A stretch of DNA of 56,801 nucleotides from an uncultured Bacilli bacterium (GCA_949065595.1 CARSXK010000004.1:1-56801), one strand, 5' to 3'. Shown: positions 1-10,923, numbered from the stretch's first letter. The notes: a model not told the origin generated them from the sequence alone. Translations and numbers: made by a program.

Positions 1-99
1 AAACTAATGAATATTTATTCCATCAGTTCACATCTTAAAGTATACATGATATAATATTTGTGTACTAATTATAAAAAATTGAAAAAAGTAGGTGTATAT

Positions 100-795
100 A
101 TGAAACTTTCTCAATTTAATAATAATTCTTTACAATCTATATATTATAATTTGAAAACACCAAATAATAAAGTTATATGTGACTTTACTGATGAACAAAT
201 TTCATCTATTGTTTTTAGCGGAATTGCAGATAATTTAGTGAACTGCGATATTGCAATTGTTTTTGGAAATAGTGATATGATTTTAGAGAGAGCGAAGAAG
301 GCAGTAGAAATGTATAGACAAGGTAGGGTTAAGCTATTATTGTTCACTGGTGGAATTAATGGTATAACAGCTACGGAACATAATATGTCAGAGGCAGAAA
401 AGATGGCACAACTAGCATATCAGTATGGTGTACCACAAGAATGTGTTTTGGTTGAGAGCCACTCTAATAATTCTTTTGAAAACGTAGAATGTTCAATTAA
501 TCTATTAAAAAAGACAATGGATGTGGATTCTATTACTAATATTATGATAATTACTTCTGATTTTCATTTGAAGAGGTGTTACTCTATTTTTTTAAAACAT
601 TTACCATATAAGAATTATACATTAATTGGTGTTAAGAATGGCTATTCTGACGAAGAAAATTGGACAAATTCAGAACTTTATTGGGGTTCTGGAAGAAGTA
701 TTGTTACATATGAGGCTAATATTTTAATTCAATATGCAAAAGATAATAAAATAGCAGACTTGGAAATTGAAAATTATCCTATAAATAGAAAGTAG
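100..795 (+). CDS. DUF218/YdcF-family (SanA/ElyC-like) protein
   Basis: ORF 58..795. The likely start is ATG 100 behind AGGTG. 'IAIVFGNS...LLLFTGG...ITSDFHLKR' looks like the DUF218 fold. Confidence 0.6.
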   Translation: MKLSQFNNNSLQSIYYNLKTPNNKVICDFTDEQISSIVFSGIADNLVNCDIAIVFGNSDMILERAKKAVEMYRQGRVKLLLFTGGINGITATEHNMSEAEKMAQLAYQYGVPQECVLVESHSNNSFENVECSINLLKKTMDVDSITNIMIITSDFHLKRCYSIFLKHLPYKNYTLIGVKNGYSDEENWTNSELYWGSGRSIVTYEANILIQYAKDNKIADLEIENYPINRK

Positions 796-802
796 GAATT
801 GT

Positions 803-1132
803 ATGGAAGAAAGAACAATTAGGCAAATTCAGGGTGAAGTTGATTTATGGGTAAATCAGTTTAAAAAACCTTACTTTTCCCCATTATCACAACTTGCATG
901 CATGGTGGAAGAAATAGGTGAGGTAGCACGCATTTTAAATATTATGTATGGTGATAAAAACAAGAAAAATAAAGAGATTCTAGCTGATTTGGAAGAAGAA
1001 TTAGGAGATTTATTTTTTAATATTGTTTGCTTGGCAAATTCCCAAAATATAAATTTAACAAATTGTTATTTTCGTAAATTGGATAAACTATATCAAAGGG
1101 ACAACATGAGATTTGAGAGAATTGATGGATAG
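803..1132 (+). CDS. MazG-like nucleoside triphosphate pyrophosphohydrolase (YpjD type)
   Basis: Has the 'EEIGEVARIL' and 'EELGDLFFNIVCLAN' EExxE/D helices typical of all-alpha NTP-PPases. Confidence 0.7.
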   Translation: MEERTIRQIQGEVDLWVNQFKKPYFSPLSQLACMVEEIGEVARILNIMYGDKNKKNKEILADLEEELGDLFFNIVCLANSQNINLTNCYFRKLDKLYQRDNMRFERIDG

Positions 1133-2192
1133 ACAAATGAAAAATAAAAATCAGGAGCAACCGATTTTAACAATCATTCCAGTATTGTTGGGCTGGTATT
1201 ATCAATTTAAAAGAGATTTACCATGGCGAAAAGATAAAGATGCTTATCATATATGGATATCAGAAATTATGCTGCAGCAAACAAGGGTAGAAGCTGTCAT
1301 AGATTATTATAATCGTTTCTTGAAACAAATTCCTGATTTGAAAACATTGGCTCATATTTCAGAGGATGATTTATTAAAACTTTGGCAAGGACTTGGTTAT
1401 TATAGTCGGGCACGTAATCTCCAAAAGGCAGCAAAACAATTAATTCAAGAAGGAAAAGATACCTTACCAAGCACGTATGCCGAATTACTGGAACTACCTG
1501 GAATTGGGACCTATACAGCAGGAGCAATTGCATCCATTGCTTATCAAGAACCAGTTCCTGCAGTAGATGGAAATGTACTACGGATTATAACACGTATCCT
1601 AGGCGCTTATGATGATATTGCCGATTCTAAAACGAAAACAAAATATGAGAATATATTGAAACCATATATGCCAGAAAAAGAGTCTGGAAATTTAAACCAA
1701 GCCATGATGGAATTGGGAGCAACTATATGCATTCCCAATGGTGCACCTAGATGTAATATATGTCCTGTTTCCTTTATTTGTCAAGCATATCAAAAGGGAC
1801 TACTTGCAGTATTACCTGTGAAAGCAAAAAAACAAAACAGAAAAATCATCAATAAAGTTGTTTTTGTTTTCCATTATGAAAATGAATATGCAATTCAGAA
1901 AAGGCCAGATCATGGACTACTTGCTTCTTTATATGAATTTCCCAATATTGATGATGTGATGAATTTAGAAGCATTCAGCCGCTATTGCGTTCAAAATAAT
2001 ATTTTCTACCAAACAATTGATTTATTAGGAGAATATAAACATGTATTTACTCATTTAGAGTGGAATATGAATTGCTATATTATTTCTTTATCCAAGAAAA
2101 TAGAAGACAAGTATATATGGGCAACAAAAGATGAATTATACACAAAATATTCTTTGCCTACAGCATTTTCAAAAATCTTAACTGATATATAA
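1113..2192 (+). CDS. mutY: A/G-specific adenine DNA glycosylase
   Basis: 'WISEIMLQQTRV', HhH 'LPGIGTYTAGAIASIA', Fe-S loop 'CIPNGAPRCNICPVSFIC', and a C-terminal NUDIX-like domain. The start is uncertain (TTG 1113, ATG 1125 or ATG 1137). Confidence 0.9.
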   Translation: MRELMDRQMKNKNQEQPILTIIPVLLGWYYQFKRDLPWRKDKDAYHIWISEIMLQQTRVEAVIDYYNRFLKQIPDLKTLAHISEDDLLKLWQGLGYYSRARNLQKAAKQLIQEGKDTLPSTYAELLELPGIGTYTAGAIASIAYQEPVPAVDGNVLRIITRILGAYDDIADSKTKTKYENILKPYMPEKESGNLNQAMMELGATICIPNGAPRCNICPVSFICQAYQKGLLAVLPVKAKKQNRKIINKVVFVFHYENEYAIQKRPDHGLLASLYEFPNIDDVMNLEAFSRYCVQNNIFYQTIDLLGEYKHVFTHLEWNMNCYIISLSKKIEDKYIWATKDELYTKYSLPTAFSKILTDI

Positions 2193-2220
2193 GTTGTATT
2201 ATTGAATGGCCTAAAAGTGC

Positions 2221-2249
2221 TTGCTATAGAATTGCGTTTATGCTATGAT
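2221..2249 (+). promoter_or_regulatory. sigma-A-like promoter TTGCTA-17-TATGAT
   Basis: -35 at 2221..2226, an exact 17-nt spacer, -10 at 2244..2249. Lies in the mutY-thiI intergenic region. Confidence 0.4.
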
Positions 2250-2255
2250 GTATAT

Positions 2256-2370
2256 AGCTGAATGGAATTTTATAACATAAAAAAATAAGAATACTTTTGG
2301 TTGTTGAGTACTTACCAAACAATGATTTCGGTGTACTTTAATCTATGATGGATTAGAGTACTATTTTTTT
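2256..2370 (+). ncRNA. candidate ~115-nt small RNA (promoter-to-terminator unit, family unknown)
   Basis: Bounded by the promoter above and a strong intrinsic terminator: 11-bp stem GTACTTTAATC/GATTAGAGTAC (2333..2361, one G-U pair) followed by TATTTTTTT. Inside there is only an 11-codon ORF with no SD. Confidence 0.3.
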
Positions 2371-2539
2371 ATTGATAGAATTATAAGAAAAATCATTCAT
2401 AAAAGGATGATTTGAAATTGAAAAACTTTTTCTCTTTTATTAGAAAGGGATGTAAATAATTTTGTGTTAATTATTTTAAAATATAACATGATACTATTTA
2501 ATAATAGTTTAGCAATAATTTAAAAATGAGGTGATAAAT

Positions 2540-3715
2540 ATGGATCAATTATTAATGATAAAATATGGAGAATTAACAACCAAAAAGGCAAATCGAAATA
2601 CATTTATTACATTATTAACGAGTAATATTAAAAATATATTAAAGGAATATGAAATTACCATTCAAAAAGATAGGGTTCGTATGTATATTGCATGTCATTC
2701 TGTGGATTGTGATGCAATTGTTTGCAAATTAAAAAAAGTATTTGGAATTCATGGTATAGTGATTTGTCATAAAGTAAATACTAATATAGAGGATATAGAA
2801 GTAAAAATATTAGAATTGCTTCATAATGAGTCTTATCAAACCTTTAAAGTAGAAACCAAAAGAGCAGATAAGCGATTTCCTATTCCAAGTATGGAATTCA
2901 ATCAAAAAATAGGCGGTTTTGTTTTAAAAAATACTGCTTTAAAAGTAGATGTCCATCACCCAGATGTCAAAATTCACATTGAAATTCGTAATGAAGGAAC
3001 ATTCATTTATACCAATGAAGTGAAGGGAAATGGTGGATATCCCGTTGGCGTTCAAGGAAAAGGCTTACTTATGCTTTCTGGTGGAATTGATAGTCCTGTT
3101 GCAGGATATTTATCTTTAAAACGTGGAATTGATTTAGAATGTCTTTACTTTGAATCTCCTCCACATACCAGTTTAGAAGCGAAAAATAAAGTAATGACAC
3201 TCGCTTCTATTATCAATCAATATTCAGGAAATATAAAAGTCAATATTATACCATTTACCAAAATTCAAGAAGAAATTTACAAAAATGTTCCTGATAGTTA
3301 TATTATTACCATTATGAGAAGAATGATGTATCGTATTGCGGAAAGAATTTGTAAGTTACATAAGTGTAAGGTAATAATCAATGGAGAAAGTGTGGGACAA
3401 GTTGCAAGTCAAACATTAGATAGCATGGTTGTAATCAATTCAGTTACCAATTTACCTGTGATTCGACCAGTTGCTTGTATGGATAAATTAGAAATCATTG
3501 AATTTGCAAAAAAGATTGAAACGTATGAAACAAGTATTTTGCCATACGAAGATTGTTGTACGATTTTTTTACCAAAGCATCCTGTCATTTATCCTAATAT
3601 AGAAAAAGCCATTCTCTATGAAAATCTGTTTGACTATGAAACATTGATAGAAGAATGTATTACTCATATGGAAACTATTACTACATTTGAAACGAGCCAC
3701 AATTCTTATTTATAA
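2540..3715 (+). CDS. thiI: tRNA 4-thiouridine(8) synthase
   Basis: THUMP-type N-terminus and PP-loop 'LSGGIDSPVAGYL'. ATG 2540 follows GAGGTGA (the track starts at GTG 2531). Confidence 0.9.
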   Translation: MDQLLMIKYGELTTKKANRNTFITLLTSNIKNILKEYEITIQKDRVRMYIACHSVDCDAIVCKLKKVFGIHGIVICHKVNTNIEDIEVKILELLHNESYQTFKVETKRADKRFPIPSMEFNQKIGGFVLKNTALKVDVHHPDVKIHIEIRNEGTFIYTNEVKGNGGYPVGVQGKGLLMLSGGIDSPVAGYLSLKRGIDLECLYFESPPHTSLEAKNKVMTLASIINQYSGNIKVNIIPFTKIQEEIYKNVPDSYIITIMRRMMYRIAERICKLHKCKVIINGESVGQVASQTLDSMVVINSVTNLPVIRPVACMDKLEIIEFAKKIETYETSILPYEDCCTIFLPKHPVIYPNIEKAILYENLFDYETLIEECITHMETITTFETSHNSYL

Positions 3716-3739
3716 CCATAAATTACCATTCAAAAAATA

Positions 3740-3768
3740 GTATGAAAAAAAACTCCATGGACATGATA
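3740..3768 (+). promoter_or_regulatory. forespore (sigma-G/F-type) promoter-like element GTATG-17-CATGATA
   Basis: Matches the GHATR-N17-CATxHTA consensus, directly upstream of a SASP gene. Confidence 0.4.
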
Positions 3769-3791
3769 TTAGTGTACAGGAGGTGAAACAT

Positions 3792-3998
3792 ATGAAAAAC
3801 AATACTAATAAAATGGTAGTTCCTGGAGCTAAACAAGCTATCGATAAGATGAAATATGAAATCGCTAGTGAATTAGGTGTTAACATGGGACCAGATGCAA
3901 CTAGTAGAGCTAACGGATCAGTTGGTGGTGAAATTACTAGACGTTTAGTTCAAATGGGTGAACAACATTTAGGTGGTTCAAATTACCAAGCTAAATAA
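3792..3998 (+). CDS. alpha/beta-type small acid-soluble spore protein
   Basis: '[22 protein letters not shown]...[12 protein letters not shown]' is the canonical SASP signature. ATG 3792 follows AGGAGGTG. Confidence 0.9.
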   Translation: MKNNTNKMVVPGAKQAIDKMKYEIASELGVNMGPDATSRANGSVGGEITRRLVQMGEQHLGGSNYQAK

Positions 3999-4011
3999 TG
4001 ACTATAAAATG

Positions 4012-4038
4012 GACAGTGAAACGTTACTGTCTTTTTTT
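4012..4038 (+). terminator. intrinsic terminator after SASP gene
   Basis: GACAGT...ACTGTC stem followed by T7. Confidence 0.7.
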
Positions 4039-4111
4039 AGAACTATCAAAAATTACCACCTATATATTTTATGTGCTAGGAAATAATAATAGTATAAGGT
4101 GGTGAGCTGTA

Positions 4112-4309
4112 ATGAGTCATTTGAATAATAAATTAGTTGTTCCTGGTTCAAAACAGGCAATTGAAAATTTAAAATATGAAATCGCAAATGAATTAGGTAT
4201 CACTTTAGGAGCCGATACGACTTCTAGATTAAATGGTACCGTTGGTGGCGAAATGACAAGAAGGCTCGTTCGTTTAGGTGAACAAGCTTTAGAAAGTCAA
4301 AATCGATAA
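4112..4309 (+). CDS. alpha/beta-type small acid-soluble spore protein
   Basis: '[23 protein letters not shown]...[12 protein letters not shown]'. A hairpin plus T-run follows the gene. Confidence 0.9.
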   Translation: MSHLNNKLVVPGSKQAIENLKYEIANELGITLGADTTSRLNGTVGGEMTRRLVRLGEQALESQNR

Positions 4310-4564
4310 AACAAAAGAACAGTAGCCCTGTTCTTTTCTAGAATAAAAATATATTTCTTAACTATAAATCAATAATTAGGAAAATACCATTTATAAAAAA
4401 TGTGCTTATGTTGGCTTTTATTTATACCTCTATAATATATCTTCAACACATGTATCAGTACAAAACAAAAAAGCCCATATTATGATGTCTACTTTCAAAG
4501 GTGCATTTCAATTATAAGGCTTTTATTAATTATTCTATACTTTATACACATCCGATTTTAAAAG

Positions 4565-5002
4565 TTATTTGCATTGATAATTCTGTTTTTCAAATGTTTG
4601 TTTGGCGTCATTAAAATTTTGTTTTGTATCTACGATATCTAAACTCTTTTTGCTCGCTTCATCCATTTTTGAAAGATCTATATTTACCGCAATTTTGATG
4701 TTATTTTTATCTGTTGTAGATGTCACTTCAAATCCATTCATTCCTTCAAATCCTGTAAAAACACCTTTCAATGATTCTTCTAATTGTTGGATATAAACTG
4801 AATAATTTTCTGCAACGGCGATATCTTCAATATATTCTACTTTTGTAATCGTATCTTTTTTGAAAGTGATAGTATATGTTTCTTTCTTGTTCATAATAGA
4901 AGAATTATCCTCTTTGGAACATTTTAATGTTTTGTTAGAACCGCAGCCTGTTACGATACTAATCATTATAATGGTAAAACAAACGACTAAATACTTCTTC
5001 AT
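4565..5002 (-). CDS. putative lipoprotein (possibly YehR/DUF1307-like)
   Basis: Signal peptide with lipobox 'IVTGC'. A GGAGG SD lies upstream and a terminator downstream. Confidence 0.6.
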   Translation of the reverse strand: MKKYLVVCFTIIMISIVTGCGSNKTLKCSKEDNSSIMNKKETYTITFKKDTITKVEYIEDIAVAENYSVYIQQLEESLKGVFTGFEGMNGFEVTSTTDKNNIKIAVNIDLSKMDEASKKSLDIVDTKQNFNDAKQTFEKQNYQCK

Positions 5003-5055
5003 TTTCTTTCCTCCCTAATGTTAGAATAATAAAAAATCCTATTTTTGTCAAGCAT

Positions 5056-5625
5056 TTATAGGATTTTATCAACAATGCCATATGCTAGGGATTCTTCGGC
5101 ACTTAAAAAATAATCTCTTTCTGTATCTACCTCAATGGTTTTCAAATCTTTTCCTGTATTTTTAGAAAGCATATGATTTAATTTATCACGCAATTTTAAA
5201 ATGCGTTCTGCTGCAATTTTGATTTCTGTCGCCTGTCCTTGAGCACCCCCTAAAGGCTGATGTATCATCACTTCACTATTGGGAAGACAACACCTTTTTC
5301 CTTTTGTTCCACTAGACAACAAGAACGCAGCCATACTTGCTGCCATTCCTACACATATAGTTGAAACATCACTTTTGATAAAATGCATTGTATCATAGAT
5401 AGCCATTCCAGCAGTGACACTCCCACCTGGAGAATTGATATAAATGCTAATATCATCATGGTTGATGGAATCTAAATATAATAGTTGGGCAACAATGGTA
5501 TTCGAATTAATATCGTCAATTTCACCACATAAAATAATAATTCGATCTTTTAATAATCGTGAATATATATCATAAGCACGCTCTCCATTGTTACTTTTTT
5601 CAATTACAGTTGGTACTAAACTCAT
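5056..5625 (-). CDS. clpP: ATP-dependent Clp protease proteolytic subunit
   Basis: '[16 protein letters not shown]', catalytic '[11 protein letters not shown]' and 'MIHQPLGG'. Confidence 0.95.
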   Translation of the reverse strand: MSLVPTVIEKSNNGERAYDIYSRLLKDRIIILCGEIDDINSNTIVAQLLYLDSINHDDISIYINSPGGSVTAGMAIYDTMHFIKSDVSTICVGMAASMAAFLLSSGTKGKRCCLPNSEVMIHQPLGGAQGQATEIKIAAERILKLRDKLNHMLSKNTGKDLKTIEVDTERDYFLSAEESLAYGIVDKIL

Positions 5626-5743
5626 GCAATCATCCTCTCTATTTATATCATAGGATAGAATTCGATTGTTTATTCAAAAAAAGATGTGACAAAATTACAC
5701 TTTTTTGATAAAATGAGTATAGTATAAGAATAAGAGGGATATT

Positions 5744-7405
5744 ATGCCAAGAACCATTAAAGTAAATTATAAAGATTTGGAAACCAAAGAATTCCCAGTA
5801 GGCGCGACGTTACTGGAAATTAGTCATGCCTTTGATCGCTACTATAATTATCCAATACTAGTAGGAAATGTAGACAATAATATTACGGAATTAAATGAGC
5901 CAATGACAAGAAGCTGCACCGTTGATTTTTATGATCGAAGTAGCGGAGTTGGAAATAGTATATATGGTAGAACCGCACAACTGATATTGATTTTGGCAAT
6001 CAAACGGGTTTTAGGTGAAAAAGCGGAAGTAATTATTGAGCATTCTATTGATAAAGGTTTTTATTGTGAAATTGAAAATGTTTCTATTGATAAAAAAGTA
6101 GTCAAGCAAATTGAAGATGAAATGTATGAAATTTCAAATCAGGATTTATTAATTCAGAAGGTGAGTGTGTCACGTTTTGATGCAATGAAATATTTTAAAA
6201 AGAAAAAGCAATTGGATAAGGTAAAAGTATTAAAATATATTAGTAACAGCTATATTAATTTGTATCGGATTGATGATTTGTATGACTATTTTTATGGAGA
6301 ACTTGCTTATAGTACAAAACAAATCGATGATTTTAAATTGACGTTTATTAAAGACAATGGATTTGTGTTAAGTTATCCTACCATGTATAACCCAGAGTGT
6401 ACGTTGGATTATATGCACCATAGTATGCTCTTTGATACATTTTTGAGTTATACCAAATGGGGAAATCAAATTGGCATTCGAAATGCAGCTGATTTAAATG
6501 AAATTGTATCACAAGGAAGATATAATGAGTTAATTCGTTTGTCAGAAGCTTATTATAATAGTCAATTATCTCGTATTGCAGATGAAATTGCTGAAAATCA
6601 TAAAAAAATAAAATTAATCTTAATCGCTGGACCTTCCTCATCTGGAAAAACAACGACTTCCAAAAAATTAGAAGTTTATTTGCAAAGTAAGGGAATTCAA
6701 ACGCATCAAATTTCTATCGACGATTATTTTTATGATCGAGACAAAACACCAAGATTAGAAAATGGGGAACTTGATTTTGAATCTTTGAATGCAGTAGATG
6801 TTACATTATTTAATAAACACTTAACCAAATTGTTAGATGGTGAGAAAGTAGAATTGCCAGAATACAATTTTGTTCTTGGTAAAAGAGAATACAAAGGAAA
6901 AACATTACAAATAGGAGAGGACGATGTGATTGTCATTGAAGGATTGCATGGGTTAAATGATGATTTGACAATTTCAATTGAACGAAGAAATAAATTTAAA
7001 ATTTATATCAGTCCTCTTACACAATTGAATATCGATAATCATAATCGAATTCATACCAGTGATACTCGGAAGTTAAGGAGAATTGTTCGTGACAATAAAT
7101 ATCGTTCCCATAGCGCGACAGATACATTGAAAATGTGGAAAAGCATTCGCGAAGGGGAAGAAAAGTATATATTTCCATATCAAGATCAGGCAGACGCTAT
7201 GATTAATTCTGCTTTGTTATATGAACTTGGCATATTAAAAACGTATGCAGAACCTCTTTTGTTTTCTGTTTCTGAAGATGATGAAATGTATCCAGAAGCA
7301 TTACGTTTGATTAATTTTTTAAGGAATTTTTTGCCAATCCCAAGTGATGATATACCAAACGATTCTATTTTAAGAGAATTCATTGGAGAAAGTTGTTTTC
7401 GATAA
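5744..7405 (+). CDS. uridine/nucleoside kinase family protein with ThrRS/TGS-like N-terminal region
   Basis: P-loop 'AGPSSSGKTTTSKKL' in the C-terminal half. The roughly 550-aa architecture is common in Firmicutes. Confidence 0.7.
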   Translation: MPRTIKVNYKDLETKEFPVGATLLEISHAFDRYYNYPILVGNVDNNITELNEPMTRSCTVDFYDRSSGVGNSIYGRTAQLILILAIKRVLGEKAEVIIEHSIDKGFYCEIENVSIDKKVVKQIEDEMYEISNQDLLIQKVSVSRFDAMKYFKKKKQLDKVKVLKYISNSYINLYRIDDLYDYFYGELAYSTKQIDDFKLTFIKDNGFVLSYPTMYNPECTLDYMHHSMLFDTFLSYTKWGNQIGIRNAADLNEIVSQGRYNELIRLSEAYYNSQLSRIADEIAENHKKIKLILIAGPSSSGKTTTSKKLEVYLQSKGIQTHQISIDDYFYDRDKTPRLENGELDFESLNAVDVTLFNKHLTKLLDGEKVELPEYNFVLGKREYKGKTLQIGEDDVIVIEGLHGLNDDLTISIERRNKFKIYISPLTQLNIDNHNRIHTSDTRKLRRIVRDNKYRSHSATDTLKMWKSIREGEEKYIFPYQDQADAMINSALLYELGILKTYAEPLLFSVSEDDEMYPEALRLINFLRNFLPIPSDDIPNDSILREFIGESCFR

Positions 7406-7422
7406 TAGAAAGAAGGAATAAA

Positions 7423-8430
7423 ATGACAAGAGTTGCGATTAATGGTTTTGGAAGAATTGGTAGACTTGTATTTCGAATAATAGAAGAAACACCTAATTTA
7501 GAAGTAGTTGCGATCAACGATTTAACAGATGCGGAACAATTAGCGTACCTATTAAAATATGATACCTCTCATCGTGTATATTTAAAAGAGGAAATATCAT
7601 TTGAAGGAAATGAGTTAATTGTTAATGGAAGACATATCCCTGTTTATGCAGAAAAAGATCCTTCACAGTTACCATGGAAGGAATTACAGATAGATCAAGT
7701 GATGGAATGTACAGGTGTTTTTACTGAAAAAGAAAAAGCACATGCCCATATTGATGCTGGGGCAAAGCATGTTATTATTTCTGCTCCTGCAAAGGGAGAT
7801 TTAAAAACAATTGTATATCATGTGAATGAAGAAAGGCTAGATGGTAGTGAGGAAATTATTAGTGCAGCTAGTTGTACAACCAACTGCTTGGCACCAGTTC
7901 TCTCTATTCTAGAAAAGGAATATGGAATTATATCTGGATATATGACGACCATTCACGCATATACAGGAGATCAAGCGGTACTAGATGTTGCTCACAAAAA
8001 AGGAATTCGTTCCCGCCGAGGACGTGCAGCCGCTGCTAACATTGTTCCAACTTCTACTGGTGCAGCCAGTGCGATAGGCGAGGTTATTCCACAGTTAAAG
8101 GGAAAATTGGATGGAAGTGCAGTACGTGTTCCTACAACTACGGGTTCGATGATTGATTTGACATTGCGATTGAAACGAAATGTAACAGTAGAAGAAATCA
8201 ATCGTTGCTTTTTAAATCATCAAAATGAGACCATTCAATATACAGAAGATCCAATTGTATCGAGTGACATAATTGGTTCTTATACTGGCGCTTTGGTAGA
8301 TGGATTATTAACTGATGTTCTTGAAGTCGATGGAGAACAGCTTGTAAAAGTTGTGGCGTGGTATGATAATGAAATGGGCTATAGTGCACAAATGGTAAGA
8401 TTAGCTTCTTATTTTGCTACCAAATTTTAA
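7423..8430 (+). CDS. gap: type I glyceraldehyde-3-phosphate dehydrogenase
   Basis: 'VAINGFGRIGR', active site 'SCTTNCLAP', 'WYDNEMGYS'. ATG 7423 follows AGAAGGA. Confidence 0.95.
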   Translation: MTRVAINGFGRIGRLVFRIIEETPNLEVVAINDLTDAEQLAYLLKYDTSHRVYLKEEISFEGNELIVNGRHIPVYAEKDPSQLPWKELQIDQVMECTGVFTEKEKAHAHIDAGAKHVIISAPAKGDLKTIVYHVNEERLDGSEEIISAASCTTNCLAPVLSILEKEYGIISGYMTTIHAYTGDQAVLDVAHKKGIRSRRGRAAAANIVPTSTGAASAIGEVIPQLKGKLDGSAVRVPTTTGSMIDLTLRLKRNVTVEEINRCFLNHQNETIQYTEDPIVSSDIIGSYTGALVDGLLTDVLEVDGEQLVKVVAWYDNEMGYSAQMVRLASYFATKF

Positions 8431-8735
8431 TAGGTTATTGTAATATCAAATGGGGGAATCATCCCTTTTTTGATGGCGAAACTATAATGATTTGTATGAG
8501 TGAAAAGATTGCTGTAAAAGAATAGTAAGGATAGATGGAGTACTATATAGGTTGTTTGAATTGTTTTGCAATATAGTAAGTATTTATTTTTTCTTTTAAA
8601 ATAGTGATTGGTATTGATAAAAAATGGAAAAAGATATAAAATAAAAAAGAAACATAAAACTTTATTATGGGGTTTCAAAATGAGATTGTATAACAATAGT
8701 TTATTGAAAACAATATAAAGATTATAGGAGGTCTT

Positions 8736-9920
8736 ATGAAAAAAACAATTCGCGATTATAGTTTAAAAGGTAAAAAAGTCCTCATTCGTGTTGATTTCAA
8801 TGTACCAATTTCAGATGGAAAAATTATGGATGATACTCGTATCAAAGCTAGCTTACCCACTATTTTGTATGCGATAGAAAATGGTGCAAAAGTGCTTCTT
8901 TTATCTCATTTAGGACGAATTAAAACAAGCGAAGATAAGCTACAATATGACTTATCTCCAATTGCAATACGTCTTGGTGAATTACTAAAACAAGATGTTA
9001 TTTTTGTAGATCAAACAAGGGGAAACTTGGTGGAAAATGCTATTTCAAAGTTACAAAATGGACAAGTTTTATTATTACAAAATACGCGATATGAAGATTT
9101 GGACGGGAAAAAGGAAAGTAACAATGATGCTGAACTGGGTGCTTATTGGGCAAGTTTAGGAGAAATATTCATTAATGATGCCTTTGGAACCAGCCATAGA
9201 GCACATGCTTCCAATGTTGGTATCGCCTCACATCTTCCCAATGGAATTGGTTTTTTAATCGAAAAAGAGTGGAATGCATTTATGCCGATTTTGACACAAC
9301 CCGCTCGACCATTTACTGTGATTTTAGGTGGCTCTAAAGTGAATGATAAAATAGAAGTGTTAGAACATTTGGTTACATTAGCTGATCAGATATTAATTGG
9401 TGGGGGAATGGCGTACACTTTCTTAAAGGCAAGTGGACTATCAATTGGTAAATCGTTATGTGATGAGGAACATATTGTGTATTGTAAAAATATAATGCAA
9501 CAATATCCTGATAAAATTATATTACCAATCGATAGTGTAAACGCAAAAGAAATCAATAAAGATACGGAAAGCCATGAACGTTTTATTAGTGATTTTCAGG
9601 AAGATGAAATTGGATTAGATATTGGTCATAATACAATTAAATTATTTGCTCAATATATCAGAAGTAGTAAGACGATTCTTTGGAATGGACCTGTTGGAAT
9701 GTTTGAATTACAACCTTTTAGTGAAGGAACGAAAGCCATTTGTCAGCTGTTAAAAGAAAATGATGGAATGACAGTAGTGGGTGGTGGCGATACTGCATCT
9801 GCGATTCAAAGTCTTGGATATTCAGAATTTGTAACACATATTTCAACTGGTGGTGGTGCTTCATTGGAATGGCTTGAAGGAAAAAATCTGCCTGGAATCG
9901 AGATTATTCATGAAAAATAA
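8736..9920 (+). CDS. pgk: phosphoglycerate kinase
   Basis: 'VLIRVDFNVP', 'FGTSHRAHAS', 'STGGGASLE'. Confidence 0.95.
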   Translation: MKKTIRDYSLKGKKVLIRVDFNVPISDGKIMDDTRIKASLPTILYAIENGAKVLLLSHLGRIKTSEDKLQYDLSPIAIRLGELLKQDVIFVDQTRGNLVENAISKLQNGQVLLLQNTRYEDLDGKKESNNDAELGAYWASLGEIFINDAFGTSHRAHASNVGIASHLPNGIGFLIEKEWNAFMPILTQPARPFTVILGGSKVNDKIEVLEHLVTLADQILIGGGMAYTFLKASGLSIGKSLCDEEHIVYCKNIMQQYPDKIILPIDSVNAKEINKDTESHERFISDFQEDEIGLDIGHNTIKLFAQYIRSSKTILWNGPVGMFELQPFSEGTKAICQLLKENDGMTVVGGGDTASAIQSLGYSEFVTHISTGGGASLEWLEGKNLPGIEIIHEK

Positions 9921-10923
9921 AAAATCAATTATTAATATTTTAATTTTACTTTTTATTACAGGATTTGTTCTATATTTTTCATTAAAAGATGATTTTGAAA
10001 ATATTGTTCATGAAATAGTTACACTCAATCCTCTTTGGTTTATAATTGCTATATTTTTAGTGATCTGCTACTGGTTATTCAAAGCCATTGAAGTTCATCA
10101 TGTGATTGGTGATTTTAAACCTGATTATACCTTCAAACAGACATTACGACTTACTTTATCCACCCAATTTTTCAACGCCATTACACCTTTTGCTTCTGGT
10201 GGACAACCCTTTCAAATTTATATGTTAAGTAAAAGTGGTATAAAATTAACCGATAGTACCAATATTATTATTCAAAATTTCATTGTTTATCAAATTCCTC
10301 TTGTTTTTTTGGGAATGATGGCGATTCTATCGAACCATTTTGGCCATTTTTTCAAAGAAGTCCATCTATTAAAATATTTGGTAACTATTGGATTTATTAT
10401 TAATACATTGGTTATCGTAGGTTTATTCATTATTGCATTTGCCCAAAAAACCAATAAAAGAATTATGCATGTTGTAATTAAGTTACTTCATAAATTACAT
10501 CTTGTGAAAAATAAGGAACAAAAAGAAACAGAATTTGAAGAGTACATCAATCGCTTTCATGCAGGTGCAAAATTATTATTTCATAATAAAAAACAGTTTA
10601 TTTCTTCTATTTTATATAATTTTATTGCTTTGCTATGCCTATATTTAATTCCTCTTGCCTTACTGTTTGCAATGGGTGATTATACGAGTATGAATGCGTT
10701 TCAAGTATTGGTTACGAGTGCTTATGTTATGTTGATAGGTTCTTTTGTACCAATTCCCGGTGGAACTGGTGGATTGGAATATGGATTTATTGCATTTTTT
10801 GGAAACTTTGTTGTCGGTAGTAAATTGAGTGCTGTTATGCTGTTATGGCGCGCGATTACTTATTATTTTGGGCTGATTGTAGGGGCCATTGCCTTTAACT
10901 TAAAGGGGAGAGAAGAAAAATGA
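9910..10923 (+). CDS. UPF0104 / lysyl-PG-synthase-TM-like (flippase-like) membrane protein
   Basis: Polytopic membrane protein, 'PFASGGQPFQIYML' and 'PIPGGTGGLEYGF'. The start is taken at ATG 9910 (MKNKKS), which overlaps the end of pgk. Confidence 0.7.
   Translation: MKNKKSIINILILLFITGFVLYFSLKDDFENIVHEIVTLNPLWFIIAIFLVICYWLFKAIEVHHVIGDFKPDYTFKQTLRLTLSTQFFNAITPFASGGQPFQIYMLSKSGIKLTDSTNIIIQNFIVYQIPLVFLGMMAILSNHFGHFFKEVHLLKYLVTIGFIINTLVIVGLFIIAFAQKTNKRIMHVVIKLLHKLHLVKNKEQKETEFEEYINRFHAGAKLLFHNKKQFISSILYNFIALLCLYLIPLALLFAMGDYTSMNAFQVLVTSAYVMLIGSFVPIPGGTGGLEYGFIAFFGNFVVGSKLSAVMLLWRAITYYFGLIVGAIAFNLKGREEK

Noticed and set aside
8427-8696. 89-aa minus-strand ORF filling the gap-pgk intergenic region.
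   Set aside because: It has no SD and gives a Phe/Leu/Tyr-rich translation typical of AT-rich spacer DNA. It lies between two highly expressed plus-strand genes.
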